Shown here in pieces: positions 1 through 11,654 of a stretch of DNA of 64,000 bases (positions are counted from its first letter, which is position 1; each line of letters begins with the position of its first letter). The stretch lies in assembly GCA_963666285.1 (NCBI GenBank), contig OY762711.1; one strand, 5' to 3'. The position numbers and the translations under genes were made by a program. Source of the stretch: Sedimentisphaerales bacterium (GTDB taxonomy: Bacteria > Planctomycetota > Phycisphaerae > Sedimentisphaerales > SM23-30). Below the pieces are notes generated by a model, which saw nothing but the letters and a program-made list of their open reading frames with translations, ran no database searches and had not been told where the DNA came from.

Positions 1-1119
1 AAAATGTCCGGTAAACCGATCATTTAAGCCAGAACCGATTGGCGATGTCGTATAAACACCTGCTGCAGAGAGATCTAGGTCGCATTCAAGCCTGATATAA
101 TACTCCCAATAATAAGAGTTATTGGAAAGTGTTTGAAAGTCGTCCAAATTATTTATCAAAAATGGACTAGATTTTGTCCCACTGCCAGAAAGAGCTTTTT
201 CATAGAATAAAATTGGATAGCTTGTTCTATAATATGGCAAATACCATATATCGTCATTTCCATTGGCGATTTCATCAATAAAATCCCAGCCTAAATCTGT
301 AAAAAATACAGAGTTTGACATTTGTTCAGTTGTTGCCCCAAGTCCATTTCCAGAATCTAATAAATAGGTTTCAATGTTCCAAACAGAATTAATAATTTGT
401 CCGTCATCTGGAACCCATGCCACAATTCCGCCTTTCATACCGACATTTTCCCCTAACACAAATGAACCTATAGAATAGCATTTTTCAACTGTTCCAGTAA
501 GTATGCCTACTAAACCTCCTAATGCCCAGGAATTATCTTGTGCATGAATCATACAGGATGAATATGAGTTTATTAATTTACCTGGATCATATATTGACCC
601 GACTAAACCACCAATGTAATTACCTCCTTGAGTACCTGTTACATTACCTGTCGTAAAACAATTTGCAATTAAACCATAACATCGGCCACAAATACCTCCA
701 CACTCTTCTCTACCTGTAATATTGATATTTACCAGACCAAGGTCGGTAATGGATCCCTGCTCGCGTATAAACCCAAATAAACCAACAAAACATCCATCAT
801 TATTATATACTATCAGATTGCTAATAAAATGGCCGTTGCCATCAAAGTGGCCTGTATATGGATTATCTTCACCTGGCGCAATTGGTGACGTCGTATAAAC
901 ACCTGCTACAGTAAGGTCTAGATTACATTCAAGGCGAACATGATCGTCCCAGCAGTCGGAATTGTCACAAAATTCTTGAAAGTCGGCAAAGTCCTCGATC
1001 AGCCAGGGACTGGTATCTGAACCATTCGCTCCTTTGATCTCTCCCAGGTCGCCACCGGCAGCGAAAGTAATAGAACAAGCTAAACATAAAACGACAATAG
1101 AAAGAATATAATTTTTCAT
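1..1119 (-). CDS. Secreted GLUG-repeat/beta-helix surface protein, 3' end truncated by the window edge (not in ORF track)
   Basis: Manual translation from ATG 1119 (GGAG upstream): MKNYILSIVVLCLACSITFAAGG...GSDTSPWLIEDFADF...FDGNGHFISNL...YIGGLVG; open to position 1; same repeat units as the adjacent 941-aa ORF. Confidence 0.85.
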   Translation of the reverse strand, partial: MKNYILSIVVLCLACSITFAAGGDLGEIKGANGSDTSPWLIEDFADFQEFCDNSDCWDDHVRLECNLDLTVAGVYTTSPIAPGEDNPYTGHFDGNGHFISNLIVYNNDGCFVGLFGFIREQGSITDLGLVNINITGREECGGICGRCYGLIANCFTTGNVTGTQGGNYIGGLVGSIYDPGKLINSYSSCMIHAQDNSWALGGLVGILTGTVEKCYSIGSFVLGENVGMKGGIVAWVPDDGQIINSVWNIETYLLDSGNGLGATTEQMSNSVFFTDLGWDFIDEIANGNDDIWYLPYYRTSYPILFYEKALSGSGTKSSPFLINNLDDFQTLSNNSYYWEYYIRLECDLDLSAAGVYTTSPIGSGLNDRFTGHF

Positions 1120-1179
1120 GATTTTCTCCAGGGTTTTTTGTATTATCAGCCTTTTTACGTCAACCATCAGAATTATTTA

Positions 1180-3999
1180 TTACTTCCCTTCCAGCCAGTA
1201 TTCTGCCAGTTCTGAAAGGTCAGTGATCGTATATTGATCCTGCCAGCCTTGTGCCAGTTTGTTGAAATCTTGCATATCTACGCCGTAGCTGTCGGTGATA
1301 TCGCCGGGAATGTCTCGCTGGAAGAATAGCATAGGGTAACCGGAGCTTTGGTATGGCATGTGCCATAGTTCTTCAGTGCCGTTGTCTGATTCTGCATTGA
1401 AATCCCAGCCAGCGTCGGCGAAGGTAGATTGTGTTTGCATTTCAGTAGTAGTTTTACTGAGGATATTTACTGCAATGCTTCCGCTGTCATTCACATAGCC
1501 ATCAGTAACACCGGATGTTTCAGTGTTCCATATGCAATTTACTAATGAGGAATCTGCCCCTTGATAGCCGCATAAGCCGCAAACATATACCCCTATACCT
1601 GTCACCAAACCGGTGGAATAACAATCAGTGACATTACCAAAGTTTGTTCCTGTTAGTCCCCCGACATAATTAGAGCCAGTTGCCGAACCAGTGAAATATG
1701 AATTTCTGATGCTACCGGTATTACTTCCTGTCAGCCCGCCGACAATTTCATCATAGCCCGTCACAGCAGCAGAAGAATAGCAATATCTGATACTGCCTTC
1801 ATTTCTTCCCGTAATGCCGCCAGTTTGTTCATTGTAGGCAAGTACTGAACCGGTCACATAACAATTGCCTAAGCTGCCGCCATAATTAAATCCCACCAGT
1901 CCGCCGACATATTTATTCAATCCTGTAATAGAGACATTTTCGAGTCCCAGGTTTGAAATTACTGCACTGGAATAAGTCTTACCGAACAAACCGCAGAAAT
2001 ATGACCCGCTGACAGTGAGATTGCTGATGACATGATTGTTACCGTTGAAATTACCGGCGAATAATGCTCCGTCAAAGGAAAGATCTGTGTCGGTATCACC
2101 GGCAATAAGTGCCTGGATAAAAGTACCGGCAGCAGATAAATCCAGATCGCAATTCATCTTAGTATTAACACCTTGTTCCCAATAATTGGTATCAGAACAA
2201 AATACATAGAAATCATAAATACTATTAATAATGTAAGGTTTATATATCGATCCGTTACCACTTGCGGCAATATTACTAAGCTGCCAGCATAATACCGGAT
2301 AACTATCCATAACCCAGATATTATTTATGCCATTTGCTGTTTCATTTGTAAAATCCCAGCCAGCGTTTATAAAATTATTCCTGTTTAGCATTTGGGAAGT
2401 GGAAAGACCTTTCACGTTTGTTATCGAACCGGGATATTCAGCATGAAGGTTGTAACCAACTGTTAGCCCAGATGTTTCAGTATCCCAGAAGCACTGTTTA
2501 ATTATAGCATCACTGCCTCCCTGATAACCGCATAATCCTCCGATATAATCACTGCCGTCAACGACACCTGCGGAATAACAATTACTGATACTACCAGATA
2601 CATTGAACCCCACGAGCCCTCCTGCAGCATCACCATCACAATCAACTGAGACGGTAGCATTGCAATCGCTAATACTACCGTATTCATTACATCCTACCAG
2701 CCCACCGAATATAGACCCCGAACCTTCTACAGTCCCGGCGGCATAGCAATAGCTGACACTGCCAGATTTTTCAAAACCCACCAAACCGCCAACACTACCA
2801 GTACCGTTGACAGAACAATCGGCATTACAATAGCTTATATTGCCGGAATCATAACCTACCAGACCACCTACATAATCATTGCCTTCTACAGCACCAGAAG
2901 CATTACAATAGAGAATATTGTTATCATTATTTAACCCTACCAAACCGCCAACATTATCACCATCACCATTTACAGTAGCTGACGCAGAACAATTTCCGAT
3001 CCGGCCAGCTTCATTGAACCCTATCAACCCACCAACATTATCAACCGAACCGGTAACAGTGCCGGTGAAAAAAGAAAAGGCGACCTTGCCAATATTATAC
3101 CCTACGAGACCACCAACGTTTTTATTGCCAGTCACAGAACAGGTAGCATGACAATTGCAGACGGCAGAATTGTCATTTTTACTACCAATCAGCCCACCAA
3201 CACCATTACCAATGCTTTTTACTGTTGCATCGGCAAAACAATCACTGACAGTTCCAGAAAAATTATAACCTACCAGCCCGCCGATTTTATTACTTTCATT
3301 ATCCAAACCAGTAACAGTGCCTGAGGCATAGCAATTGCTGATGCTGCCGGAATATATTTCACCTACCAGCCCACCGACATTTGCTCCAAAACTCTTTACT
3401 GTTACAGTAGCATTACAGTTGCTGATACTGCTGTCGGAACCTTTATTGAACCCCACAAGACCGCCTACGCAATCACTAATATCATTTGCACCGCTAACAG
3501 AACCGGTGACAGAACAATGGCTTATTATGCCGCCATTATTATATCCCACCAGTCCGCCGATCCATTTTTTCGTTCCAGTAATAGAGCATGAATTCAAAGA
3601 AACATTCCTTATAACGGCATTTGCATTGATCCTGCCAAACAGACCACAGTAATCCTTGCCGCTAACATTAAGATTACTTATGACATGATGATTGCCATTA
3701 AAAACACCTTCGAATACTGTGCCAACTAAATTCCCATATCTGTCAGTACAGCTGCCGATCAAAGCTTGAGAATAAGTGCCTACTCCGGAAAGGTCCAAGT
3801 CGCATACTAGTTGCACATAAACTCCTTCTGCCCAGAAATTTACGTTGGAATAGAATTTTTTGAAGTCGTCGATATCTTCGATAAGAAATGGTGAGTTTTC
3901 TGTACCGTTACCCGGCATAACACCATTGGCAGCATACGCTGGATGAACAAATAAAATAGAACAAAATGTAATTAACAGAACGACAATATGCTTTTTCAT
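1180..3999 (-). CDS. Secreted GLUG-motif repeat protein with C-terminal dockerin-like module
   Basis: Signal peptide, many (V/I)GGLVG repeats, two 'GxGxxxxP(F/Y)xI' units, C-terminal GDITDSYGVDMQDF...LAEYWL; start placed at ATG 3999 (track starts at 4005). Confidence 0.85.
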   Translation of the reverse strand: MKKHIVVLLITFCSILFVHPAYAANGVMPGNGTENSPFLIEDIDDFKKFYSNVNFWAEGVYVQLVCDLDLSGVGTYSQALIGSCTDRYGNLVGTVFEGVFNGNHHVISNLNVSGKDYCGLFGRINANAVIRNVSLNSCSITGTKKWIGGLVGYNNGGIISHCSVTGSVSGANDISDCVGGLVGFNKGSDSSISNCNATVTVKSFGANVGGLVGEIYSGSISNCYASGTVTGLDNESNKIGGLVGYNFSGTVSDCFADATVKSIGNGVGGLIGSKNDNSAVCNCHATCSVTGNKNVGGLVGYNIGKVAFSFFTGTVTGSVDNVGGLIGFNEAGRIGNCSASATVNGDGDNVGGLVGLNNDNNILYCNASGAVEGNDYVGGLVGYDSGNISYCNADCSVNGTGSVGGLVGFEKSGSVSYCYAAGTVEGSGSIFGGLVGCNEYGSISDCNATVSVDCDGDAAGGLVGFNVSGSISNCYSAGVVDGSDYIGGLCGYQGGSDAIIKQCFWDTETSGLTVGYNLHAEYPGSITNVKGLSTSQMLNRNNFINAGWDFTNETANGINNIWVMDSYPVLCWQLSNIAASGNGSIYKPYIINSIYDFYVFCSDTNYWEQGVNTKMNCDLDLSAAGTFIQALIAGDTDTDLSFDGALFAGNFNGNNHVISNLTVSGSYFCGLFGKTYSSAVISNLGLENVSITGLNKYVGGLVGFNYGGSLGNCYVTGSVLAYNEQTGGITGRNEGSIRYCYSSAAVTGYDEIVGGLTGSNTGSIRNSYFTGSATGSNYVGGLTGTNFGNVTDCYSTGLVTGIGVYVCGLCGYQGADSSLVNCIWNTETSGVTDGYVNDSGSIAVNILSKTTTEMQTQSTFADAGWDFNAESDNGTEELWHMPYQSSGYPMLFFQRDIPGDITDSYGVDMQDFNKLAQGWQDQYTITDLSELAEYWLEGK

Positions 4000-4854
4000 A
4001 ATCAATTTCTCTCTTATTTATCTAATAGTTATAAATATGTTAAACAGTACCAGTTCTGATATTGAACCTGAATGACAGTTACCAAAATTATCTTATACAG
4101 TTACTGCCTATCAGATTTTCTGCCGTATGATGATATTTACCAATGCCACTCGTATATCCTGCGCAAAAAAAATAAAAAAATTGTCTCTCAAAGGAAAACT
4201 ATAACCATATGACCATTTTAATTGCACCGATTGAGTTATCAAATCACCCTGGAAGGTGAAATGTTCAAAAAAAAAACTCAGACAGCATCGCCCGGACCTC
4301 CTCCTTACTACTTTGGATAGCAATGATTAGCAATAAAGGTAAATTCTATAGCAGGGATATAATGCATAATGGAAGTTAGAAAGCAAAACGCATTATTTTT
4401 TTCTCCTAATTGCTTATGTGTTTCAGGTTAGTAATCTGAATCGTGTGAACAATACAAGCAAATGGAATAGATATGCAAAATCGGGTATAGCTGTAACAAG
4501 AGAGTAGGAAGCAGGGCAAAAGGCAGCTCAATATTGCACTCATAAAATTGTTCACAAACCAGATTTTTTTATTTTATATTTTGGATGCATATATTAAAGT
4601 AATAATTATGCCCGTCGGTCATTATAATCAATATTTGTGAAATGAGGATTAAAAAAAGTAAAAATGTTTGGTGTTAATCCGAAAAAAACATATTTTTTGT
4701 CAAAATGGGAGGTATGGCTAAAATAGGAAGATGTTTTTTTGTGGAGTTTTACAGTTATCATCGCTAGAGTAATAATGCATAAATATAGTCACCCTCTGAA
4801 TTGACAGGGGAAATGATTTATGAATGGTTATTAATATTGAGTAATTGAAAGGAA

Positions 4855-5844
4855 ATGAAGATGAAAAAGTATGGTTTGATGGTTTTGTGCTTGATAATTT
4901 TGGCTGGGGCGGCGGTTGCGGAGTGTCCAAGTGCAGATTTGACAGGGGATTGCAAAGTGGATATTGAAGATTTTGCCCGGTTATCTTCCGGTTGGCTGGA
5001 GACGTATAGCTTTAGTGATTTTTCCGATGTAGCCTCTCAGTGGCTGGATGAGATGGAGGCCGGCCCGGATATAGTCTGGATTTTTATAGATGATGATGGT
5101 TCCGGGATGAAAGATAAAAACGGCAATCCAATCGATAAGGGAGGTTTTACCGGCTATATGAGCAAATATGAGACATTGAATGCCCAATATTGCCAGTTTC
5201 TGAATGAAGCCCTGGCTTCGGGCGATATTGAAGTTGGTGAGGATAATATCGTTTATGGCAAGAGTGGTTCAAATGATGGCGAAGATTTTGCAGGTGAGCC
5301 ATATTTTGAGACTTATGCCGCATCGACAGATAGCCAGATAATTTATTCGGGCGGCCCGGACGGGACATTTAGTGTTCGCATTCGTGACGGTTATGATATG
5401 GGCGACCATCCGGTAGTAATGGTAAGCTGGTACGGAGCATCAGCGTTTGCCGGTTATTATGGATGGCGGCTGCCGACAGAGTGGGAATGGCAGGCGGCGG
5501 CAGACTACGACGGCAGCTATGTCTATGGCTGTGGGCTGACACTGGATACGAGCAAAGTAAATTACTGGGATAATGCTTACCTGAACCCGTTAGGTCTTTC
5601 AAGTTATCCTTATACGACGCCTGCCGGTTACTTCGGCGAATTTGGTTATGGCATGTGTGATGTGGCCGGCAATGTTTTTGAATGGACCAATAGTTTGTAT
5701 TCTACCAGTTTTGATTTTATGGTATTCCGCGGCGGCGGGTGGAGCGGTAGTGAAGGTACCAATGCTGTAGCCTACCGCTCCGGTAGTTTGCCAACGTTTC
5801 GTAAATATCATTGCGGTTTCCGCGTATGCCGAGATCAGGAATAA
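4855..5844 (+). CDS. Secreted FGE-sulfatase (SUMF1/CLec-fold) domain protein with N-terminal dockerin-like module
   Basis: CPSADLTGDCKVDIEDF after the signal peptide; HPVVMVSW, RLPTEWEWQAAA, DVAGNVFEW, RGGGW, GFR motifs. Confidence 0.85.
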   Translation: MKMKKYGLMVLCLIILAGAAVAECPSADLTGDCKVDIEDFARLSSGWLETYSFSDFSDVASQWLDEMEAGPDIVWIFIDDDGSGMKDKNGNPIDKGGFTGYMSKYETLNAQYCQFLNEALASGDIEVGEDNIVYGKSGSNDGEDFAGEPYFETYAASTDSQIIYSGGPDGTFSVRIRDGYDMGDHPVVMVSWYGASAFAGYYGWRLPTEWEWQAAADYDGSYVYGCGLTLDTSKVNYWDNAYLNPLGLSSYPYTTPAGYFGEFGYGMCDVAGNVFEWTNSLYSTSFDFMVFRGGGWSGSEGTNAVAYRSGSLPTFRKYHCGFRVCRDQE

Positions 5845-5888
5845 TGTTTTGTTCGGTATTATTGCCGAGATATATGGTTTTGTGCCTT

Positions 5889-8800
5889 TCAGTTAGAGTA
5901 GATTCGCAGCTCTACGCTGTTAGGGGTGAATGGTTCTATGTTGATGGTATTGCGGCCTTTGGTGAGGCAGCTGGTGATATCCTTATAGAGCGGTGTGCCG
6001 ATGCAGCCGCCGGTGTAGGTACCGTTAACCGAGATGCGGGCGGCGGCTTCCGGCTGGATAGAGTCCATGTATAGGATGTATCTAAGGTTATTCTGAGGCA
6101 CTTCGGGCAGCTCGACATAGCCGGCGAAAGGTTGTGACTGTTGGATTGGACTAAGTGTCAGCATTGGGCAGCCGGGGCGGCCCCATGGGTTGGATCCGTA
6201 TGGGGCAAAAGCCGCGACAGAGGACCATGATGAGTCGTTGAAATCTGAGTTCTGCCAGTTGGAAACAAGCCGGTCGTGTGCCTTCCAGCTTTGGTCGATT
6301 TTTATTTCCCTGGTGCTGCCGTCGGCGAGTGTGAGTGTGATCTTGCCGATGAGACCGGCCGGGCTTGGTTTGTCGGTAGCGTTCAGTACGCGGATCGCTA
6401 TTGTGTTGCGGTTGCTGACAAGAGCATCTCGAATATCGACGTTTGAGATATTATGCCACTCGTTGAAGTTTCCCTGTTTGTCGTCGATCTGTGTGCCGTT
6501 AATATAAAGAGTTATCTCGTTATCGGCGGTGGCGATGAATGCGGCCTTTTCGATTTTCTGTATTTGCGGCAGATCAAAAGTGTTGCGGAAGTAACAGAAG
6601 CCGGGAGCAACAGAAGATGCCGCATTCTGGCCGGTCAGCCAGACCCAGCTGCAGTTGCTGAGAGGGCCGGTGAGGCTGTCTTTTCTGGTGTAGACCAGGT
6701 CAGAGGTGTCTGTAGGAGTAACCTTTAGTGCTTTTTCAGGCCTGGTATTGGCAATATCCAGATGTTTCGGCAGACGACGGTTTACCGGATTGAAGACAAT
6801 GAGCGTACTTTCCAGAGAGTCTAGTTTCAGGTTAAGCTCAACGTGTTCGCCGCTGCGTTTACAAGGCAGAGAGGTGATTTCTCCCCGCATTGGATCCCAG
6901 CATTCAGGGAAGCCGGACGCCTTGATACGTAAGTGGAAATTGCGGGAGATAGAGTCATTGTTCTGGTTGCAGATGAAGAAGATATCATTGTTGTCTTTGA
7001 CCCGGTGGAGGACATGCAGCCAGTTATCGGTTTCGCCTTCGAGAACTTCAAGTGTTGAGTGGATGTCGGCGTTATCGGCAAGAACCGTTTGCATCTGTTT
7101 GGGGGTTGGGTTTGCGGGCAGGAAATATGATCGGCCGCCTGATGGGCTGGTGCGGCAAACATTCAGGCCTGGTACGGCATTGCCCCAGATATTCTGACAG
7201 AGGTTCAGGATGTCTTTGCTTGTGTGGTTGAGGTCGGCAGATTTTTCCGGCAGGAAATCATAACCGATGACTGTGCCGCCTGCCTGGAAAAAGTTATATG
7301 CTTTTTTGAGTGTCTTGTACGGGATGACTTCAACCGGCGGTACGATGAGCACCTTGTATTTTTCCTGATAGAGGTTCATTTCTTTGTTGGCGAGTGTGAC
7401 ATTGTTTTCGAAGACATCGTATGGCAGCCAGTCGCAATCATATAAAGCATCCTGCAGTGATTCGCTCATTCGTTCGGGTAGAACTGCTTTGCCGACATGG
7501 CAGCTGTTACCCAGGTAGAGCAGGGCGACGGGGCAGACATGGCGACCGCCGGTAAGCATAAGGCTTAGTCGGCTGGTGTAGTCGGCGTATACTTTGTAAA
7601 GCGGCCAGCGAGGCTCTTCGCCGCCGTTGTAGAAATAGGGCGGGCAATCATTGTCGTAAGGAGATCGCGGGTTGAATGAATGCTGGATATGGAAGTTTAT
7701 GCCGCTGACGTGCATGTGGTCGGTCCACCATTTCATTTCCGGGTAGGTAAGGTCTTGACCGCGGGCGCCGAAAATTTCTACCATCGCTATGTCGTCCTGT
7801 TTGCCGTATGCATGGCTGATTGAGCTGCCAAGCTTTGGTGTTTGCCAGGTAGAGCGGTCCTGGGCACCACGCTGACCAATTACAAACTGGGAGAAAACAG
7901 CGTCGATAGCACCCATATCGCTGTATTTCTGCAGCTGGAACATATTTCCGGCACAAGCCCAGTTAGCGAGGTATTCCTTGTTGTGTTCGAGAAAATGCCC
8001 GATTGATTTTACGTTGTGATTGCAGCACCATTCGGTAATCCCACCGAACAGGGTTCTGCCCCAGGCTTCAGCGAAGGCATCCTGATACTGATACCTGGCA
8101 GCGGTTTGTTCCGGTCCGTTGAGTTCGAGTTTCCATGCGACAAGAGCTTTTTTCCAGTCTATGCCACGTTCTTTCAGCATAGGAATGACTTCTGTTCCCC
8201 AGTCGCCGTGTGTTTCCGGTTCGTCGTAGAAGAAGCCGGGTATCCAGGTGCCAAAATCGTCTTTAAAGTGGTCGTAATGAGGCTGGTAGACTGTTTCGAT
8301 ATACCAGTCGACGGCTTCGCGGCTGGCACCATCGACCAGGTAGCTGCCGTGGCGTTTATCGCTGTATTTCCAGCTGAAGATCATTATCTGCCAGTTGTCC
8401 GAAGGGGGCTGCCAGCTGATGGTGCCGTTTTTTATTTTGGCGGTCAGATCAATGAGTGAATTGCCGTCGATCTTTCCGTTTATATTTTTGCCGGCCAGAA
8501 CGGCGATGAGCTTGTCTGTTTCAATTTTGACAGCTGTATCTTTATTCTGCTGAACAGGGATTGCTTTGGCCTGCATGTATTTACTGCCGTATTGCTGTGG
8601 TACCATGCCGCCGACTTCGCCGCTGGGCCACCATCTTTCATCGAATATCCACATTTTGAGGTTGTTCTTTTTTGCTGCGTCCAGACAGATTTGCAGATCT
8701 CTGTACCAGTTGTCGCCCAGCCAGTCGTTGTGCGGCCGAGATTCTGCGGTAAAGCAACCGTTGCCGCCTTCTGCAACTTTTTCAACATACATTTCGAGTT

Positions 8801-8996
8801 TTTCTTTGCTTTCATCGCCATGCAGCCAGAATAGGGGACCGCTTAATCGCAGAGATTCCGGAGGCAGATTGATGAATTGCTGTTGGAGGTTTGCTAAGTC
8901 GGCCTGCTTGTCAGCAGCAGCGAAAAGATCAGATGTGTTGAAATGAAAAATAACTGCGGCTAAAAGAAATGTACATGTAAATAAACGGAATTTCAT
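5889..8996 (-). CDS. Secreted glycoside hydrolase, GH106-like (alpha-L-rhamnosidase family)
   Basis: Signal peptide; PLFWLHG, WIFDERWWPSG, GFFYDEP motifs; C-terminal ITADN...NPSPAGL-type carbohydrate-binding domain. Confidence 0.65.
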   Translation of the reverse strand: MKFRLFTCTFLLAAVIFHFNTSDLFAAADKQADLANLQQQFINLPPESLRLSGPLFWLHGDESKEKLEMYVEKVAEGGNGCFTAESRPHNDWLGDNWYRDLQICLDAAKKNNLKMWIFDERWWPSGEVGGMVPQQYGSKYMQAKAIPVQQNKDTAVKIETDKLIAVLAGKNINGKIDGNSLIDLTAKIKNGTISWQPPSDNWQIMIFSWKYSDKRHGSYLVDGASREAVDWYIETVYQPHYDHFKDDFGTWIPGFFYDEPETHGDWGTEVIPMLKERGIDWKKALVAWKLELNGPEQTAARYQYQDAFAEAWGRTLFGGITEWCCNHNVKSIGHFLEHNKEYLANWACAGNMFQLQKYSDMGAIDAVFSQFVIGQRGAQDRSTWQTPKLGSSISHAYGKQDDIAMVEIFGARGQDLTYPEMKWWTDHMHVSGINFHIQHSFNPRSPYDNDCPPYFYNGGEEPRWPLYKVYADYTSRLSLMLTGGRHVCPVALLYLGNSCHVGKAVLPERMSESLQDALYDCDWLPYDVFENNVTLANKEMNLYQEKYKVLIVPPVEVIPYKTLKKAYNFFQAGGTVIGYDFLPEKSADLNHTSKDILNLCQNIWGNAVPGLNVCRTSPSGGRSYFLPANPTPKQMQTVLADNADIHSTLEVLEGETDNWLHVLHRVKDNNDIFFICNQNNDSISRNFHLRIKASGFPECWDPMRGEITSLPCKRSGEHVELNLKLDSLESTLIVFNPVNRRLPKHLDIANTRPEKALKVTPTDTSDLVYTRKDSLTGPLSNCSWVWLTGQNAASSVAPGFCYFRNTFDLPQIQKIEKAAFIATADNEITLYINGTQIDDKQGNFNEWHNISNVDIRDALVSNRNTIAIRVLNATDKPSPAGLIGKITLTLADGSTREIKIDQSWKAHDRLVSNWQNSDFNDSSWSSVAAFAPYGSNPWGRPGCPMLTLSPIQQSQPFAGYVELPEVPQNNLRYILYMDSIQPEAAARISVNGTYTGGCIGTPLYKDITSCLTKGRNTINIEPFTPNSVELRIYSN

Positions 8997-9050
8997 AAAT
9001 ACTTCTCCTGATATGCTGCGTTTTTTATTTAGTATTAAGCTGTCTAAATT

Positions 9051-10469
9051 TTAACAAATCTCAATGTGCTGTATTTTGAGTAGTTTTGCTAATTTCTTAA
9101 TTTTGTTTGCCTGGTGACCGATGCCGATGGCACAATGGTGAGCAGGTCCGGCCAGGGACCACTGTTCGATGAATTCACCGGCTGGGATACTGAATTTATA
9201 GCGGCTGTTGGTATTGCCGATTTGAAGAGTAGGGCCGGGTACACTTTGTCCTTCGGCGATAAGCAGTTTAACATTGTCGTGGCGATCCTGAACGACGCTC
9301 AGCAGGGTTACGGGACCGTGCTTGACGCTCATCTGGATCGACAAGCCTTTGCCGGGTTTGCCGTGGTACAAAGGCAGAGGGACCAGGCCAACGGAACCCT
9401 CGGCGATAGCGAAATGTGCCGGACCGTCGTGGCCGAGCATAACAATGTCGTCGTTGAAGTCTGTTGCATAGAATTCGGAAAAAGAGCCGCCTGCCCCCAG
9501 GGTGTCGAGGATTTTCATGGCATGGACATTTTTGATTTCACATTCGCCGGCTACGGGTACGTTGCTGCCGGTGAGCAGAGTATTGCCGGCAATGACGCTG
9601 GTAACGATATTTTCATATTCATTACCGGGAGCACCTTCATAGTAGTAGGCCAGTGCACCGAGATTGTGTTTTTCCATCAGGGCATCCAGCGCACAGGATG
9701 TTTTAGCTGCGCGTTCAAGCTCTTTTGTATCGCAATCCCTGGAGACGTCAAATTTATCTTCGAATTGGGCCAGTTTGGAAAGAACCTGATCTGATGTTAC
9801 CTGTTCTCTGATCTGGTGCAGTTCGCACATCTCGAGCAGTTCAAAGTGGGTGCCGAAATTAATGGATAATTGGGTCATGTCGCTATAAACATCCAGCATG
9901 CCGCAATAATAATGGCCCAGGACACCTACCCGGTTTGCAGCCATTATTTTAGCGGTTCGGGCAGCTTCGATCCAGTCGCCGATTTGTTCCCATACGCCTG
10001 GCTGCTGAAGGTAGCCAGTAACCAGGTTACAGTCTATGCCGGCACGGTTAAAAACGGAGGCGATTTCTGGAACAGAGCAGCTTTGGCAGTGGGCGAGCCA
10101 TTCTCCGGTCATCAGGGCCCTGTCATTGAGGGCGTTAAAAGCTTCGTAGTTTATAGCAGCTACCGGTTGTATGTTGAGAACAATTACAGGAACTTTGGCT
10201 TTCTGGACAACCGGCAAAACAGTAGATGATAAAGCATAGGTTGAAATATACAGGAATATGATATCGACGTTGTTGGAGCAAAACAGCTCGACAGCCTGCT
10301 GGGCCTTTGATGGGTTGTCAACCATTCCGGCGTCGATGACTTCTACCTGCATTTTGGAAAGCTGGTCGTGAATTTGAGCCTGGTATGATTGCAGTTTTTG
10401 TAAGAGACCATCGAACTGGTCCCAGTAAGTATCGAGTCCGATTCCGAATAAACCCGCTTTTAGCTTCAT
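9051..10469 (-). CDS. L-fucose/L-arabinose isomerase family protein
   Basis: [12 protein letters not shown]-terminus; [22 protein letters not shown] metal-ligand motifs. Confidence 0.8.
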   Translation of the reverse strand: MKLKAGLFGIGLDTYWDQFDGLLQKLQSYQAQIHDQLSKMQVEVIDAGMVDNPSKAQQAVELFCSNNVDIIFLYISTYALSSTVLPVVQKAKVPVIVLNIQPVAAINYEAFNALNDRALMTGEWLAHCQSCSVPEIASVFNRAGIDCNLVTGYLQQPGVWEQIGDWIEAARTAKIMAANRVGVLGHYYCGMLDVYSDMTQLSINFGTHFELLEMCELHQIREQVTSDQVLSKLAQFEDKFDVSRDCDTKELERAAKTSCALDALMEKHNLGALAYYYEGAPGNEYENIVTSVIAGNTLLTGSNVPVAGECEIKNVHAMKILDTLGAGGSFSEFYATDFNDDIVMLGHDGPAHFAIAEGSVGLVPLPLYHGKPGKGLSIQMSVKHGPVTLLSVVQDRHDNVKLLIAEGQSVPGPTLQIGNTNSRYKFSIPAGEFIEQWSLAGPAHHCAIGIGHQANKIKKLAKLLKIQHIEIC

Positions 10470-10757
10470 GGTTAAAGATCCTTATTTTTTGAATAATACA
10501 AAGTTGTATGCAAAGGTATATATACAAAATATACGCATTAACCAATATAAACAAGGAGTTTGACAATATATTTTACGACAATGTTGGAATTATGAGATTG
10601 CTGGGCGGGGTGATTTTGTTTGTGTTATAAGTTATTTTATATTAGATATTTATATTTTATGTAAATATGCAGGTTGAATTGTATGTGTTTAATGAGTATA
10701 TTAAAGGTAGTATAATTTTGCGGCAAATGCAGCTAATTTTTTCAATCTGGACTAACT

Positions 10758-11654
10758 ATGTATGAGTTTTACCATTATCTGCCGGTAAATGATGATATTA
10801 TGCAATGGGGAATGTACCTGACCGGGGTAGGAAGAGGAGTGATCCCTTCTAAAGACAAGTACCCGCCGGCTGGTCATCCGACGCTTTATGCTTTTAGCTA
10901 TCAGAGGGGCAGGATACTGCCGGAGTTTCAGATGATACTGATAACTGAAGGTGAAGGTGTGTTTGAATCAAAGCAGACAGGGAAGGTGGTGATAAAGCCG
11001 AATACGTTTTTTATACTATTTCCAGATACCTGGCATCGCTATAAGCCGGACGGGGATATCGGGTGGAAGGAGAGGTGGATATCTTTTAATGGTACAATTG
11101 CGCATCATTTATTAGACCAGGGATATCTAAATCCGGGCAAGCCTGTCTATTATCTGTCGGAATCATCAAAAGTGATCTCGATATTTGACAGTTTTTTGGA
11201 CGGCGTACATGAGAAGCCAACCGAAAACAATATTGTCAGGTCATTAAAAACAATGGCTTTGTTAAGCAGTATAATGGAGATTATCGGGAATGATTATGTT
11301 AATGAGCCGTTATTTTTGAACAGCCCGTCGGCGAGTGATCCGCTGGTCAGGTCGGTGCTGGATATGATCTGGGCGCATAGTCATCGACCATTATCGATAG
11401 AGTCAATTTGCAAACAAGTACCGGCATCTCGCCGAACCCTGGAGCGAAGATTCCAGGAGGTATGCGGCCATACGATTCACGATGAGATAATTGAATGCCG
11501 TCTTAGCCGGGCAAAGAGGCTGCTGCGTGAGACCAATATGTCGGTCAAGACAGTTGCTTACCTGGCCGGCTTTAACGGGATTGAACGGATGAGAAGTGCG
11601 TTTAAAAAAGTGACAGGTCTATCACCATCTGAGTTTAGGGGAAGGGAATATTAG
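10758..11654 (+). CDS. AraC family transcriptional regulator, divergent from the isomerase-GH operon
   Basis: N-terminal cupin (GRILPEFQ, WHRY); C-terminal double HTH (SRRTLERRF...AYLAGF...FKKVTGLSPSEFR). Confidence 0.9.
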   Translation: MYEFYHYLPVNDDIMQWGMYLTGVGRGVIPSKDKYPPAGHPTLYAFSYQRGRILPEFQMILITEGEGVFESKQTGKVVIKPNTFFILFPDTWHRYKPDGDIGWKERWISFNGTIAHHLLDQGYLNPGKPVYYLSESSKVISIFDSFLDGVHEKPTENNIVRSLKTMALLSSIMEIIGNDYVNEPLFLNSPSASDPLVRSVLDMIWAHSHRPLSIESICKQVPASRRTLERRFQEVCGHTIHDEIIECRLSRAKRLLRETNMSVKTVAYLAGFNGIERMRSAFKKVTGLSPSEFRGREY

